A DNA stretch of 64,000 nt from contig OZ241869.1 of NCBI GenBank assembly GCA_965202805.1, positions 288,001-352,000 on the forward strand. Direction: 5' to 3'. Positions 29,014 to 39,416 of this stretch are shown here, in pieces. The position numbers were made by a program, and so were the translations under genes. Origin of the DNA: Longimicrobiales bacterium. Its GTDB lineage: Bacteria; Gemmatimonadota; Gemmatimonadetes; Longimicrobiales; Gaopeijiaceae. The notes under the pieces are model-generated. The model had not been told where the DNA came from, did not search any database, and worked only from the letters and a program-made list of their open reading frames with translations. Every line of letters starts with the position of its first letter. Positions within the stretch are counted from its first letter, which is position 1.

Positions 29014-29724
29014 TCACCTGGAACGTGCGCCGCTTCGTCGCGGCGGTACCCGGGATCGGCGTGGAGATGCCGGCGTGACGGGCGACCGATCCTCCCCCAG
29101 CTCCCGCCAGACCAGATACGAGTAGGCGGTCGGAATCATGACCATGGCAATGAACACCAGCGCGGAGACCCACAATCGCGCGGGATGGGGCAGGAAGCCG
29201 GTGGCCACGATCAGGAGGCCGGCGGCCGCGCACGTGCGGGCGCCCAGTCGGTGCGTTCGACGCCAGACGGTGTCGCTCGAGAGGGTCCAGGGCGTCCGAA
29301 TGCCGGTCCACCGATTCGGGGAGAGGCGGCGCAGGATGGGGCTGATTCCCGCGAACAGGAGGCCCATTCCGATGAGCATCGCCTGCATGGGGTCGACCTC
29401 CCATCCGAGACCCAGCCCCAGCATGAGAACGTGCGCGGCCGCCAGGAAGATCAGGACGAGGTTGCAAAGCAGCCAGTAGTTCTTCAGGGACTCGGCATGG
29501 CGATGGCGGCGCGGGCCGATGCGCGGCAGACCGAGGAAGAGAAGCCAGACGCCAACTCCGACGAACACCATGAGAAACGCGCCAATGGCCTTCGACATCG
29601 TGCCGTCGGGCTCGCCGGCCAGATTCCAGTGGATCGGGATCTCGGCCGGGAGTGCGGGGAGGACCAGAAGGGAATAGGCGGCCATTCCGGCCACGATGAG
29701 GAATCCGAACCACTTGCGCGTCAT
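29014..29724 (-). CDS. SdpI/YfhL family membrane (immunity-like) protein
   Basis: 'LPAEIPIHWNLAGEPDG' (DUF1648) and 'PNRWTGIRTPWTLSSDTVWRRTHRLG'. Confidence 0.88.
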   Translation of the reverse strand: MTRKWFGFLIVAGMAAYSLLVLPALPAEIPIHWNLAGEPDGTMSKAIGAFLMVFVGVGVWLLFLGLPRIGPRRHRHAESLKNYWLLCNLVLIFLAAAHVLMLGLGLGWEVDPMQAMLIGMGLLFAGISPILRRLSPNRWTGIRTPWTLSSDTVWRRTHRLGARTCAAAGLLIVATGFLPHPARLWVSALVFIAMVMIPTAYSYLVWRELGEDRSPVTPASPRRSRVPPRRSGARSR

Positions 29725-31061
29725 CTCGCACCTCCTGCAGGGGCTTGACCCGATTCCGTCCCTACGATCCGGAATACTTGAACTGTTTCCGTATCGAGCG
29801 AGTCCCTGGCTACGCCGAGCAGGCGATCCCCGTCGATGTCATGAAGGTCGAACCGGTCGGGGAGGGTGAGATTGCCCAGCCAGGCCCCGGTCGGGTCGAA
29901 CACCGTCCACGTCTCCGTGAAGACGATGGGGCCGGGGAGGCGCGTGTCGAAGGGGCCGAAGGATTCTTCCGGGAAGGCGCGTGCCCAGATGCCGCCCCGG
30001 TCATCCAGCAGGAGCCGGTCGAAGAGCGGCTTGTGCGTCGGATCCTCGGGATACTCGTCGAGCGCCGGGAAGAGCAGCCTGGTTTCCGGCTCGCCGGCCG
30101 GTGCCCAGGCGAGAAATTCCATCCGTCGCTCGGAATAGCGCTGCCGGTCCCTGGCCGACACCGGTTGGGGCCGACCGGCCCATCGAACAATCGACCGGAG
30201 GCCGCCGCCGGAATCGTAGCGTCGGAGTTCCGGGATTCGTCCATTCCCGACAACAAACCGGTCCTTGCGTGTCGCGTGCGTGCGACCGGATGTCCCCCAG
30301 GGGATGACCCACGGACGCGCGCCTCCGTCGAATGTCCGGGTCCATGCCTCGAGCAACCCGGCTGTGGCAACGGTGTCGACGGCTTCCGAGAATGCGTCGA
30401 CCCACGCGAAGGCATCCTCGATGAAGCCCTGACGGCCGACGGGGGGCATCCGGCTGCGCTGCTGCACGAGAGCTCGCCGGCAGCTGGTGGAGATACCCTG
30501 CACCGGTGCCGGCTGTCCGCCCAACCGATACTCCGCCCGCCGCGCGAACGTCCCATCCCGGTCGAAGAGGTGGAGCGTCAGCCGGGAGTGGACCGCGATG
30601 GAATCGCCGCCGCATACGTGAACGCCGACGATGTTCCGAAGTTCTCCCGGGCCCTCGCCCCGCCCCCCGAAGCGACGGGAAAGCGTGCCGGCGGCGTCGA
30701 AGACCAGCACTTCGGAAGTGCCCGCGCTGGCGACGACGATTCCGTCCTCCGGGAGGAATCGGGCGCCCTGCACGCGGTACAGTGGAATCTCGTCCCGACC
30801 TTCGTCCGGGCTCGAGGATGCACCGATCACCACTTCGGGCATGGACGCGACCTGCCAACCTTGTCCTTCGCCCCACACGGGCGCTGCGCTCTCGACGATC
30901 CGGATGGCGGCGCTGTCGCGCTCGACGGTCGAACGAAAGTCGGAAGCCGTCTCATCCCCGGAGCCGCATCCCGCGAGCGCCGCCGCCGTGATGGCGAGGG
31001 ATGCCCTCCGGATCCGGAAGCCGCGATCCGGATGCCGGCTACATCCCCTTCTCGCCTCCAT
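29721..31061 (-). CDS. 6-bladed beta-propeller lipoprotein
   Basis: Lipobox 'LAGC', 'RDSAAIRIVES', 'FGGRGEGPGEL', 'LLLDDRGGIW', 'WTVFDPTGAWLG'. Confidence 0.82.
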   Translation of the reverse strand: MEARRGCSRHPDRGFRIRRASLAITAAALAGCGSGDETASDFRSTVERDSAAIRIVESAAPVWGEGQGWQVASMPEVVIGASSSPDEGRDEIPLYRVQGARFLPEDGIVVASAGTSEVLVFDAAGTLSRRFGGRGEGPGELRNIVGVHVCGGDSIAVHSRLTLHLFDRDGTFARRAEYRLGGQPAPVQGISTSCRRALVQQRSRMPPVGRQGFIEDAFAWVDAFSEAVDTVATAGLLEAWTRTFDGGARPWVIPWGTSGRTHATRKDRFVVGNGRIPELRRYDSGGGLRSIVRWAGRPQPVSARDRQRYSERRMEFLAWAPAGEPETRLLFPALDEYPEDPTHKPLFDRLLLDDRGGIWARAFPEESFGPFDTRLPGPIVFTETWTVFDPTGAWLGNLTLPDRFDLHDIDGDRLLGVARDSLDTETVQVFRIVGTESGQAPAGGAR

Positions 31062-33039
31062 AATCGATCTCCGTCACCAGAAACTCCTCGAAGAAGTCCA
31101 GCATGTCGTGGAGTTTCTCGATCGTATTGTCGCGCCCATATACGTAGTACCCCTCGCCGGGATATGCCTTATATCGCACGATCTTGTAATGCTGATCGAG
31201 TTTGCGGGCGAAGTCGAGGGCGGCGGGCGCACCCCCTTCCGCCAGGCGCCAGTCGGCCGCGATGCCCTCGCCCTGAATCACGAACGTGGGCGTGGTTACC
31301 TGATGCGCCTTGAATATCGCGGAACTGTTGAGATAGACGTCGCGATTCTCCGGATACGGGCCCAGTTCATATTCGACCAGCTTGATGTGCTGCAGTTCGT
31401 GGACCTCGGTGTGGAAGTCGGTCATGTCGCCGTAGCCCGAGAGCGAAATCGCGGCCTGGAAGACATCCGGGGCGAAGGCCACCGCGGCCATGGTCATGAT
31501 GCCGCCGTAGCTGGTGCCGGTGACCGCGATCCTGTCGGGGTCCACGTAGGGCAGGGTCTTCAGGTAGTCGACGCCCGCCAGAACGTCCTCCAGGTCGCAG
31601 TGCCCCCAGCATTCGTTGTTCAGGTCCTCGAACTCGAGGCCGTAGCCGGAGCTGCCGCGGATGTTGGGCATGAGCACGACGTAGCCGCGCTGGGCGAAGA
31701 AGTGGACCTGCTGGTGGCGGCGGAACTGGTCGTCGAACTGGGACGTGGGGCCGCCGTGGATCCACATCACGCCGGGGAAGCGCTCGCCCGGGGCCGCGTC
31801 CGGGGGCCCGTGCAGGTAGGCCTCGATCGTGAGACCGTCGGTGCTCGGGTAGCGCACCTTTTCGGGCATGTGGAGCCCGTCCGCCTCTCCCGCCGGAATC
31901 TCGCTGTGCAGGAGCCGCTTCTCGCCCGACGCCACGTCGATGACGAAGAGCTCCGCGGGCCGCACCGGGGTCTCGAAGGTATAGCTGATGCGCGTTCCGT
32001 CGGGGGACCACTCGGGCCGGAGCGCCGCGCCCACCTCCGGGTCCGCCAGCACCTTCGGCTCGCCGCCGTCGGCCGACACCACCCGCAGCGAGTGGACGCC
32101 GTCCCGGTTCTCGGTGTAGCTGATCCAGCGGCCGTCCGGGGACCAGCGCGCGTCGCTCTGGTCGTGGTCGGATGCCGCGATGGGACGCGGCTCGCCGCCG
32201 GCGCGGGGCACGAGCCAGAAGTTCAACCAGCCGCTCCGCTGGGAGCGGAAGAGGATGGTCTCGCCGTCCGGTGAGACCTGTGCGGCGCCGAAGGCCCGTC
32301 CGGCGCGGTAGTCGAAAAAGCCGGTGTCCCGCACGACGGTGCGCGGGTTGCTCCCGTCGGGACCGATCTCGATGACGTCGTGGTCGACCCAGCGGTCGTC
32401 CATGCGCACGTAGAGCAGCCGGTCGCCGTCGGGGGTCCAGCTGGGATAGCCCTCGTAGAGGGGATCGCCGGTCAGGCGGCGCACCTTCCCGTCCGGCACC
32501 GAGACCGTCCAGATGTCCATGCTGCCGAAGCGGTCGCCCGAGAAGGCGATCCACCGGCTGTCCGGCGACCACGCTAGGCCGTTGGCGCGCGCGGCCAGCC
32601 CGGTGAGCCGCACGTCGGCGGCGACCCGCATGCCGTTCCCTTCCTCGGCGGACCAGAGCCAGATTTCCGGCGCACCGCTCTTGTCGGAGGTGTAGGCGAT
32701 CCAGCGGCCGTCGGGTGACCACACCGGCTGTGGCGCGCCGAGCGAACCCACCCCGCTCAGGCTCAGGTCGTCGGTGAGCGTCCGGAAGGCGCCGTCCCCG
32801 GTGTCGACGGCCCCCAGCCCACCCCCCGACACGAAGGTGATCATCGACCCGTCGGGAGCCCACTGGGGCGAGCGGCTGCCCCCGACCGCCGCCCGCAGGT
32901 CGACCAGCGCCTCCGCGCTGACGGGGCCCTCGTCCATCGAACCCGCCGCGCCGCCCTCCGCCGCGGGCGCCTCCCGGGTGCAGCCCCACCCCGTCCAAAC
33001 CGTCAGGATCGCCGCCGAAACCACCGTCAACCGTCTCAT
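31039..33039 (-). CDS. S9 family peptidase (lipoprotein) with PD40 repeats
   Basis: Multiple WSPDG repeats, 'IHGGP', 'PNIRGSSGYG', GTSYGG. Start at ATG 33039. Confidence 0.9.
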   Translation of the reverse strand: MRRLTVVSAAILTVWTGWGCTREAPAAEGGAAGSMDEGPVSAEALVDLRAAVGGSRSPQWAPDGSMITFVSGGGLGAVDTGDGAFRTLTDDLSLSGVGSLGAPQPVWSPDGRWIAYTSDKSGAPEIWLWSAEEGNGMRVAADVRLTGLAARANGLAWSPDSRWIAFSGDRFGSMDIWTVSVPDGKVRRLTGDPLYEGYPSWTPDGDRLLYVRMDDRWVDHDVIEIGPDGSNPRTVVRDTGFFDYRAGRAFGAAQVSPDGETILFRSQRSGWLNFWLVPRAGGEPRPIAASDHDQSDARWSPDGRWISYTENRDGVHSLRVVSADGGEPKVLADPEVGAALRPEWSPDGTRISYTFETPVRPAELFVIDVASGEKRLLHSEIPAGEADGLHMPEKVRYPSTDGLTIEAYLHGPPDAAPGERFPGVMWIHGGPTSQFDDQFRRHQQVHFFAQRGYVVLMPNIRGSSGYGLEFEDLNNECWGHCDLEDVLAGVDYLKTLPYVDPDRIAVTGTSYGGIMTMAAVAFAPDVFQAAISLSGYGDMTDFHTEVHELQHIKLVEYELGPYPENRDVYLNSSAIFKAHQVTTPTFVIQGEGIAADWRLAEGGAPAALDFARKLDQHYKIVRYKAYPGEGYYVYGRDNTIEKLHDMLDFFEEFLVTEIDYGGEKGM

Positions 33040-33110
33040 CTCTGCATCCTCATGTCCAAGTGCGACGCGGCAGCGAGCGCAGCCCGACCGGCTCCTGGCC
33101 CGCCCCGCCC

Positions 33111-33935
33111 CTAGTCCGCCCCGCCCGCGGCCGCGCCGACAGGCGACAGCGCCCGTCCCCGCAGCAGCGCTTCCGTTTCCGTGATCCGCGGCTCGCCTCC
33201 CCCCGTGACCTCGATCACCGAGTGGGGCGGCACGGCTTCCCATTTCCCACTCTCGTCCAGCCGCTCCGAGGCGATCAGCGTGCCCCCGGGAGCGAGCGGA
33301 TGCCGGCGGGCGACGTACAGCGAGTTGGTCTCGTCGAAGTTCGAGGTGCGGATCACGGCGAGATTCCGTCCGTCGGCCAGGATCATGTTGAGCTTGCAGC
33401 GCACGTCCAGCGAGCACGCGCGCTCCGCGGCCCGCGCCAGCGCCGTTCCGGGCGATGCCCCTTTCCAGACCTCCGCGACCGCGAGCAGGAAGAGGGTCTC
33501 GGTGTCGGATGTCCCCCGGATCTGCGTGTAGAGTTCGTCCGGCAATGTCGAGCGCAACGGGCGCATCGCGTGCGTGTGGAACTTGCGCACGTAGCCGTTC
33601 AGACCGAAGGACCACCGCTCGAACACGAACGGGGCCACCTCTCCCCGGTCCAGGGGAATGCCCGGGCTCGCGCTCCGCACGAGGGCCAGCGAGCACGTCG
33701 AACGCACGGAGGAGAGCACGTCCTCAAGGTCCGGGTCGTGCCAGATGGGACGAGCTTCCCGAATCCGCACCGGGCGCCCCTGGTGATACCAGCCTACGCC
33801 ATACCCGTCGGCGTTGTGGACCCCGTGGCCCATCTCCCTGGCGTCGTAGCTCTGCCGGACGAGGGTGTGGCTTCCCCCGAACACGATCGGGCGGACGGGC
33901 GTCTCTTCGCCGGAATAGCATACGAATCGGCACAA
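33111..33935 (-). CDS. egtC: Class II glutamine amidotransferase, EgtC-like
   Basis: TTG start gives M-C-R-F (N-terminal Cys nucleophile). 'LVRQSY', 'NADGYGVGWY', 'PIWHD', 'VRSASPG', 'GTSDTE', 'IASERLD'. Confidence 0.75.
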   Translation of the reverse strand: MCRFVCYSGEETPVRPIVFGGSHTLVRQSYDAREMGHGVHNADGYGVGWYHQGRPVRIREARPIWHDPDLEDVLSSVRSTCSLALVRSASPGIPLDRGEVAPFVFERWSFGLNGYVRKFHTHAMRPLRSTLPDELYTQIRGTSDTETLFLLAVAEVWKGASPGTALARAAERACSLDVRCKLNMILADGRNLAVIRTSNFDETNSLYVARRHPLAPGGTLIASERLDESGKWEAVPPHSVIEVTGGGEPRITETEALLRGRALSPVGAAAGGAD

Positions 33936-34015
33936 GGTCCTTTTCTCTCCCTGGGAGGATGATCGGCTGGCGTCTTCGGAGATGAAGTTTTTGCCGGGGA
34001 TGTGGCGCGTGCAAC

Positions 34016-35041
34016 TCAGCGGGGGGGCGCGGCGCCCCGCGCGCGCTCCGGGTCGAGGATCTCGGCCAACAGACTCGCGTCTACATTCCCGCCGGAGACG
34101 ATGACCCCGGCAGGGCCTCCGCCCAGGTCGGGAATGCGTCCGCACAGGAGCGCGGCCACCCCCGCCGCCCCCGCGGGCTCCACCACCATTTTGGTGGTCT
34201 CGGCCAACGCGCGCACGGCGGCGGTGATCCGGGCGTCGCTCACCCGCACGACATCGTCCACCAGGGCGCGCACATGCCGGTATGTGATTTCGCCCGCCAT
34301 GGGTGGGGCGAGTCCGTCCGCGACGGAGCCGACGCGCTCCAGACGGGCCGCCCTCCCGATGCGCAGGCTCTCGGACATGGCGGCGGCGCCGCGCGGCTCC
34401 ACGCCGTAGATGCGCACTTCCGGCCGCAGGCGCTTCACCGCCGCCGCCACCCCCGCGATCAGGCCGCCCCCACCCACCGGCACCACCAGCACCTCCAGGT
34501 CCGCAGCCTGCTCGGCAAGCTCGAGCCCGGTGGTGCCGTGGCCGGCGATGACGGCGGTGTCGTCGAACGGGTGGGTGAAGAGCATCCCCCGGTCGCGCGC
34601 CAGCGACTCCGCCAGCGCGAAGGCCTGATGCACGTCGTCGGCGGTCACCACCTCCGCGCCGTAGCCGGCGCTCGCCCGCGCCTTGGTCTCGGAGGCGCCC
34701 GCGGGCATGACCACCGCGCACGGCACATCCACGCATCCCGCCGCCCACGCCAGCGCCTGCGCGTGGTTCCCGGCCGACACCGTGACCACCCCGCGACGGG
34801 CCGCCTCACCGGCGACCAGCACCTTGTTGAGCGCCCCGCGCACCTTGAAGGAGCCGGTCTTCTGCAGGCTCTCCATCTTGAGCCGAAGCGGGACGCGCGC
34901 CTGGTGGCTCAAGCGCCGGGAGGACAGCACCGGAGTCCGGTGCAGCCGGGCGCCGATGCGGGCACGGGCTTCCTGGACGGCGTCCAGCGTTACGAGCGGT
35001 TCGATTCCGGAGTTCCGGGGAGCAGAGGGCACGGGTGACAA
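34016..35041 (-). CDS. PLP-dependent threonine/serine dehydratase (catabolic, no ACT domain)
   Basis: 'KMESLQKTGSFKVRG', 'SAGNH', 'HPFDD', 'GGGGL', 'SGGN'. Start uncertain. Confidence 0.9.
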   Translation of the reverse strand: MSPVPSAPRNSGIEPLVTLDAVQEARARIGARLHRTPVLSSRRLSHQARVPLRLKMESLQKTGSFKVRGALNKVLVAGEAARRGVVTVSAGNHAQALAWAAGCVDVPCAVVMPAGASETKARASAGYGAEVVTADDVHQAFALAESLARDRGMLFTHPFDDTAVIAGHGTTGLELAEQAADLEVLVVPVGGGGLIAGVAAAVKRLRPEVRIYGVEPRGAAAMSESLRIGRAARLERVGSVADGLAPPMAGEITYRHVRALVDDVVRVSDARITAAVRALAETTKMVVEPAGAAGVAALLCGRIPDLGGGPAGVIVSGGNVDASLLAEILDPERARGAAPPR

Positions 35042-35042
35042 G

Positions 35043-35076
35043 TTACTGACAATATGGTGTCATTTACTGACAATAT
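35043..35076. promoter_or_regulatory. Direct repeat TTACTGACAATAT x2 (21-nt period) with embedded TGACA-N6-TGTCA palindrome
   Basis: Exact copies at 35043-35055 and 35064-35076, in the divergent region between the dehydratase and TonB-receptor genes. Confidence 0.6.
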
Positions 35077-35353
35077 CCTTCCCGGGCAAAACCCGAGCCG
35101 CGGACGGGGAAGGCCGACGCGCCGGCCGGGGACAGGCGCGATGATCGGGGATGATGCGGCACGTCCGGGGCGCGCGCCAGTAAGCGAAAGACCACCTGTC
35201 CGAGCCTCGGTGGGAACAACCGTCGCCTGGCGGGATACTTGCGGCGCACGCCTCGACGCGGCCGGGCGCCACGCCGGGATCGCGGGCCGCGATTCCGCGC
35301 GCTCCTCCAAACTGGCTTCCTCGGAGCGAGATCCGCACCACGGAGCCCCAGTC

Positions 35354-37636
35354 ATGCCGACCCCCTCGCAGCACCCGCCGATCCCGCGACGTCCGGCGGT
35401 GCCACGACCCCCGCTGCCGCGACGACTCCCGCTCGTCCTTGCGCTGACGTGGCTCGCGCTCGACCCGACGGCGCAGGCGGCCGAGGCCCAGGGTCTGTAT
35501 GTGAACCCCGGATCACCCCTCGAGGCCGGGCTGGTGCAGCGCGTGTTCATCGGGCCGCACTTCACGGACGCGTTCGCGGGCAGTCTCCTGCCGACCGGCC
35601 GGGACCACGACCCGTGGACCCCGTTCGCCTTCCCCTATGGCCTCGAGCCTCCCTCGCGTGGCGATTCGACGGGTACCGAAGCGACGCTCTTCGGGGGTGG
35701 ACGGGCGCTCGCGGGCGGACGGTTCCGGCATGCCGGCCGGGTTGAGGGCGGTGCGCTCTTCGAGGCGGCCGGCCACTACCTGCGCGGGACCGACTGGCCG
35801 TCCGTGGACCCGGTCGACGAGCGGCTGCGCGCGGGCAGTGCGTTTCTCCCGGCGCGCGACGACCAGCTGGAGCGATGGGGCACCGGGGTCCGCTACGACC
35901 CGCGTCCGGACGACCCCGACGGCTGGGTCTTCGAGGGTGGCCTGGACCGCCTGCGCGGCAACCAGCTCACCGAACTCGGCGCCGCACATGCACGCGGCTG
36001 GACCCGCTGGCACGGGCAGGCGCGCTACCGTCGGAGCCGCCTTTCGGCCGACGCCCTGGTGCGCGGGCGCGGGGCGGGTGAGGCCGTGTTCTACCGCACC
36101 GCCCGGGCCATCGAGGACCGGTCGCTGTTCTTCGCCGGCCGGATCGGCCATTCGGCCCGCCTCGCCGGCCGGCACAACCTGCGGTACGGCCTGGATGTCC
36201 GCGGCGTGCGCCCCTCCACGGGCGGCACGGTGACGGGGGTCCATGAGGACGCGGACGACATCCTGGTTGCCGGAAGCTACCTGGACTCCTCCACCCGCAT
36301 CTTCGATCGACTGTACCTCGCCACGGGCCTGCAACTCGAACGACACTCCCGCGTCGACGGCCCAGGCCTCTCCTCGGTCGCAAGCCTGATCTTCCAGCCT
36401 GCGGACGGACAAGGCGTTTTCTTCAACGCCGCGCGCACCGCAATCATGCCTTCCACGGACCACCTCCTCCTGGATGTCCGCGCGGGGAGAATGACGGCCG
36501 GCGTGCTCATCTACGACATCGTGGCGCGCGGCGTCCCCCGGGGCGGCTTCACCTTCAACGACCGCTGCCCCGGAGGCTACCGGGATCTCTGCATGCGCTC
36601 ACCGCTGGCTCCGGGCGAGAAGCTGCCGGCGGATCCGGCGGTGCTCTGGAATACGCTGGTCGAGATCGCGGCGGCCAGCGATCCTCTCGCGCTCGGGCCC
36701 CTGCGGCCGTTCTTCAGAAACCCGGAGCCGGGTGAACTCCAGCCCCAACTTCTCCTGTTCAACCAGAAGGAGTGGGCAGCCGGACGGCCTCCGTTCCTGG
36801 GGGAGAGCGTACTGGGTCGTCCTGTAGGCGCCGATCCGATCGATCCGCTGCAGTCCACCATCATCAGCTCGCTCTCTCTCCAGTATCGGATCGAGGCCGA
36901 AGGCCGGGGGCGCATCTCGGCGCAGATCGGACACTCCTCCGTCGACAACTTCATCGGCCCGCTCCGGGTCGAGACTCCGACCGTCTTCTTCGACCGCGCA
37001 TCCGCCCGCGCGTTCATCGAGAAGCGCGTGGAGCCGATGGTCAGATCGGGCATCGTCTTCCCCGAGTTGCGGGACCTGCTGATTCACGACCTCACCAACC
37101 TCGTCTCGCAGCTCCCGGTCGGCACGATCATGCCGGACCAGGTCACGACCCCGGGGCTGCTGCTCACCTATCGCAACTACGGCAGGGTGGACTTCCTGAC
37201 CGCCGCTCTCTCAGCGAAGGTGTGGCTGACGCCCGCGCTCTCTCTCGAAGGCGCGTACGTGCATGTCAGCGAGCAGTGCTTCGACTTCACGGAGGGTGCC
37301 GCGACGGACTGCTCGGATCTGGAGGACATCTCTCTCAACCTGCCGAAGACGCGAAGCCGCTTCTCGGTCCGCTACCAGGCCCCGGACTCCGGCTTTTCCG
37401 CCGAAGCGCGCATGAGGCGCCAGCGCGGTTTCTACGCCAACGCCGGAGTCCATGCCGGAGAGGTGGAAGGGTACACGGTGCTCGATGCCCAGGTGCGATT
37501 CCCGCTGCCGGCTCTTCCCCGCGCCAGCGCCGCGCTTGCCGCCAGCAACTTCCTCGACGACCGCCACCAGGAGTTCATCGGCGCGCCCGAAATCGGTCGG
37601 CTGGTCGTGGCCAGCCTCACCTATGCCTTCCGTTGA
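35354..37636 (+). CDS. TonB-dependent-receptor-like beta-barrel with little or no plug domain
   Basis: Signal peptide, amphipathic strands, C-terminal 'NFLDDRHQEFIGAPEIGRLVVASLTYAF'. No intact plug motif before the barrel. Confidence 0.7.
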   Translation: MPTPSQHPPIPRRPAVPRPPLPRRLPLVLALTWLALDPTAQAAEAQGLYVNPGSPLEAGLVQRVFIGPHFTDAFAGSLLPTGRDHDPWTPFAFPYGLEPPSRGDSTGTEATLFGGGRALAGGRFRHAGRVEGGALFEAAGHYLRGTDWPSVDPVDERLRAGSAFLPARDDQLERWGTGVRYDPRPDDPDGWVFEGGLDRLRGNQLTELGAAHARGWTRWHGQARYRRSRLSADALVRGRGAGEAVFYRTARAIEDRSLFFAGRIGHSARLAGRHNLRYGLDVRGVRPSTGGTVTGVHEDADDILVAGSYLDSSTRIFDRLYLATGLQLERHSRVDGPGLSSVASLIFQPADGQGVFFNAARTAIMPSTDHLLLDVRAGRMTAGVLIYDIVARGVPRGGFTFNDRCPGGYRDLCMRSPLAPGEKLPADPAVLWNTLVEIAAASDPLALGPLRPFFRNPEPGELQPQLLLFNQKEWAAGRPPFLGESVLGRPVGADPIDPLQSTIISSLSLQYRIEAEGRGRISAQIGHSSVDNFIGPLRVETPTVFFDRASARAFIEKRVEPMVRSGIVFPELRDLLIHDLTNLVSQLPVGTIMPDQVTTPGLLLTYRNYGRVDFLTAALSAKVWLTPALSLEGAYVHVSEQCFDFTEGAATDCSDLEDISLNLPKTRSRFSVRYQAPDSGFSAEARMRRQRGFYANAGVHAGEVEGYTVLDAQVRFPLPALPRASAALAASNFLDDRHQEFIGAPEIGRLVVASLTYAFR

Positions 37637-37717
37637 GTGTGCGCCCGTGGTAACGTTGGCGCGCAGGTGGAAGCGGGATCCGACCTGCTGTGAGCCACAC
37701 CCCGGGGAGATCCGGCC

Positions 37718-38173
37718 TTGAGCGATTTCACCACGTTGAGATGCGCGTTCTGCCGCTCTCTGAACCGCTTCAGTCTCGCGGAGGCGCGTACCGGACCCAG
37801 GTGCGAGAGCTGCTCGCGGCCGATTCTCATCGATCGGCCCGTCAAGGTCGAGGCCGAGGACTTCGAGGCCACCGTGCTCGGGGCCGGCGTGCCTGTGCTC
37901 GTGGACTTCTACGCGGACTGGTGCGGCCCCTGCAAGCTGGTCGTTCCCCTTCTGGACGAGATCGCGGCGGCGGAGCGGGGGAGGCTCCTGGTGGTGAAGA
38001 TCGACAGCGACCGCTCGGTCGAGCAGTGTCAGCGCTACGCCATCCGCAGCGTGCCGACGATTCTGCTGTTCCGGGACGGCGAGGAGGTCGGCCGCAGCCT
38101 CGGCTTCGAGCCGGAGGTCATTCGCGGGTTCGTCGCCGACGCAGTGGGCGCCGAGGCCGGCGCGCAGGACTAA
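37718..38173 (+). CDS. trxC: Thioredoxin 2 (Zn-finger thioredoxin)
   Basis: CAFC...CESC plus WCGPC. Confidence 0.9.
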   Translation: MSDFTTLRCAFCRSLNRFSLAEARTGPRCESCSRPILIDRPVKVEAEDFEATVLGAGVPVLVDFYADWCGPCKLVVPLLDEIAAAERGRLLVVKIDSDRSVEQCQRYAIRSVPTILLFRDGEEVGRSLGFEPEVIRGFVADAVGAEAGAQD

Positions 38174-38201
38174 TCCACGGACTGCAAGCAAGAGACACAC
38201 C

Positions 38202-39412
<1,211 letters not shown>

Positions 39413-39416
<4 letters not shown>

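Noticed and set aside
35077..35353. Riboswitch in the long leader of the TonB-like gene
   Set aside because: I could not find convincing cobalamin, TPP or c-di-GMP consensus elements by eye. An Infernal scan would be needed.
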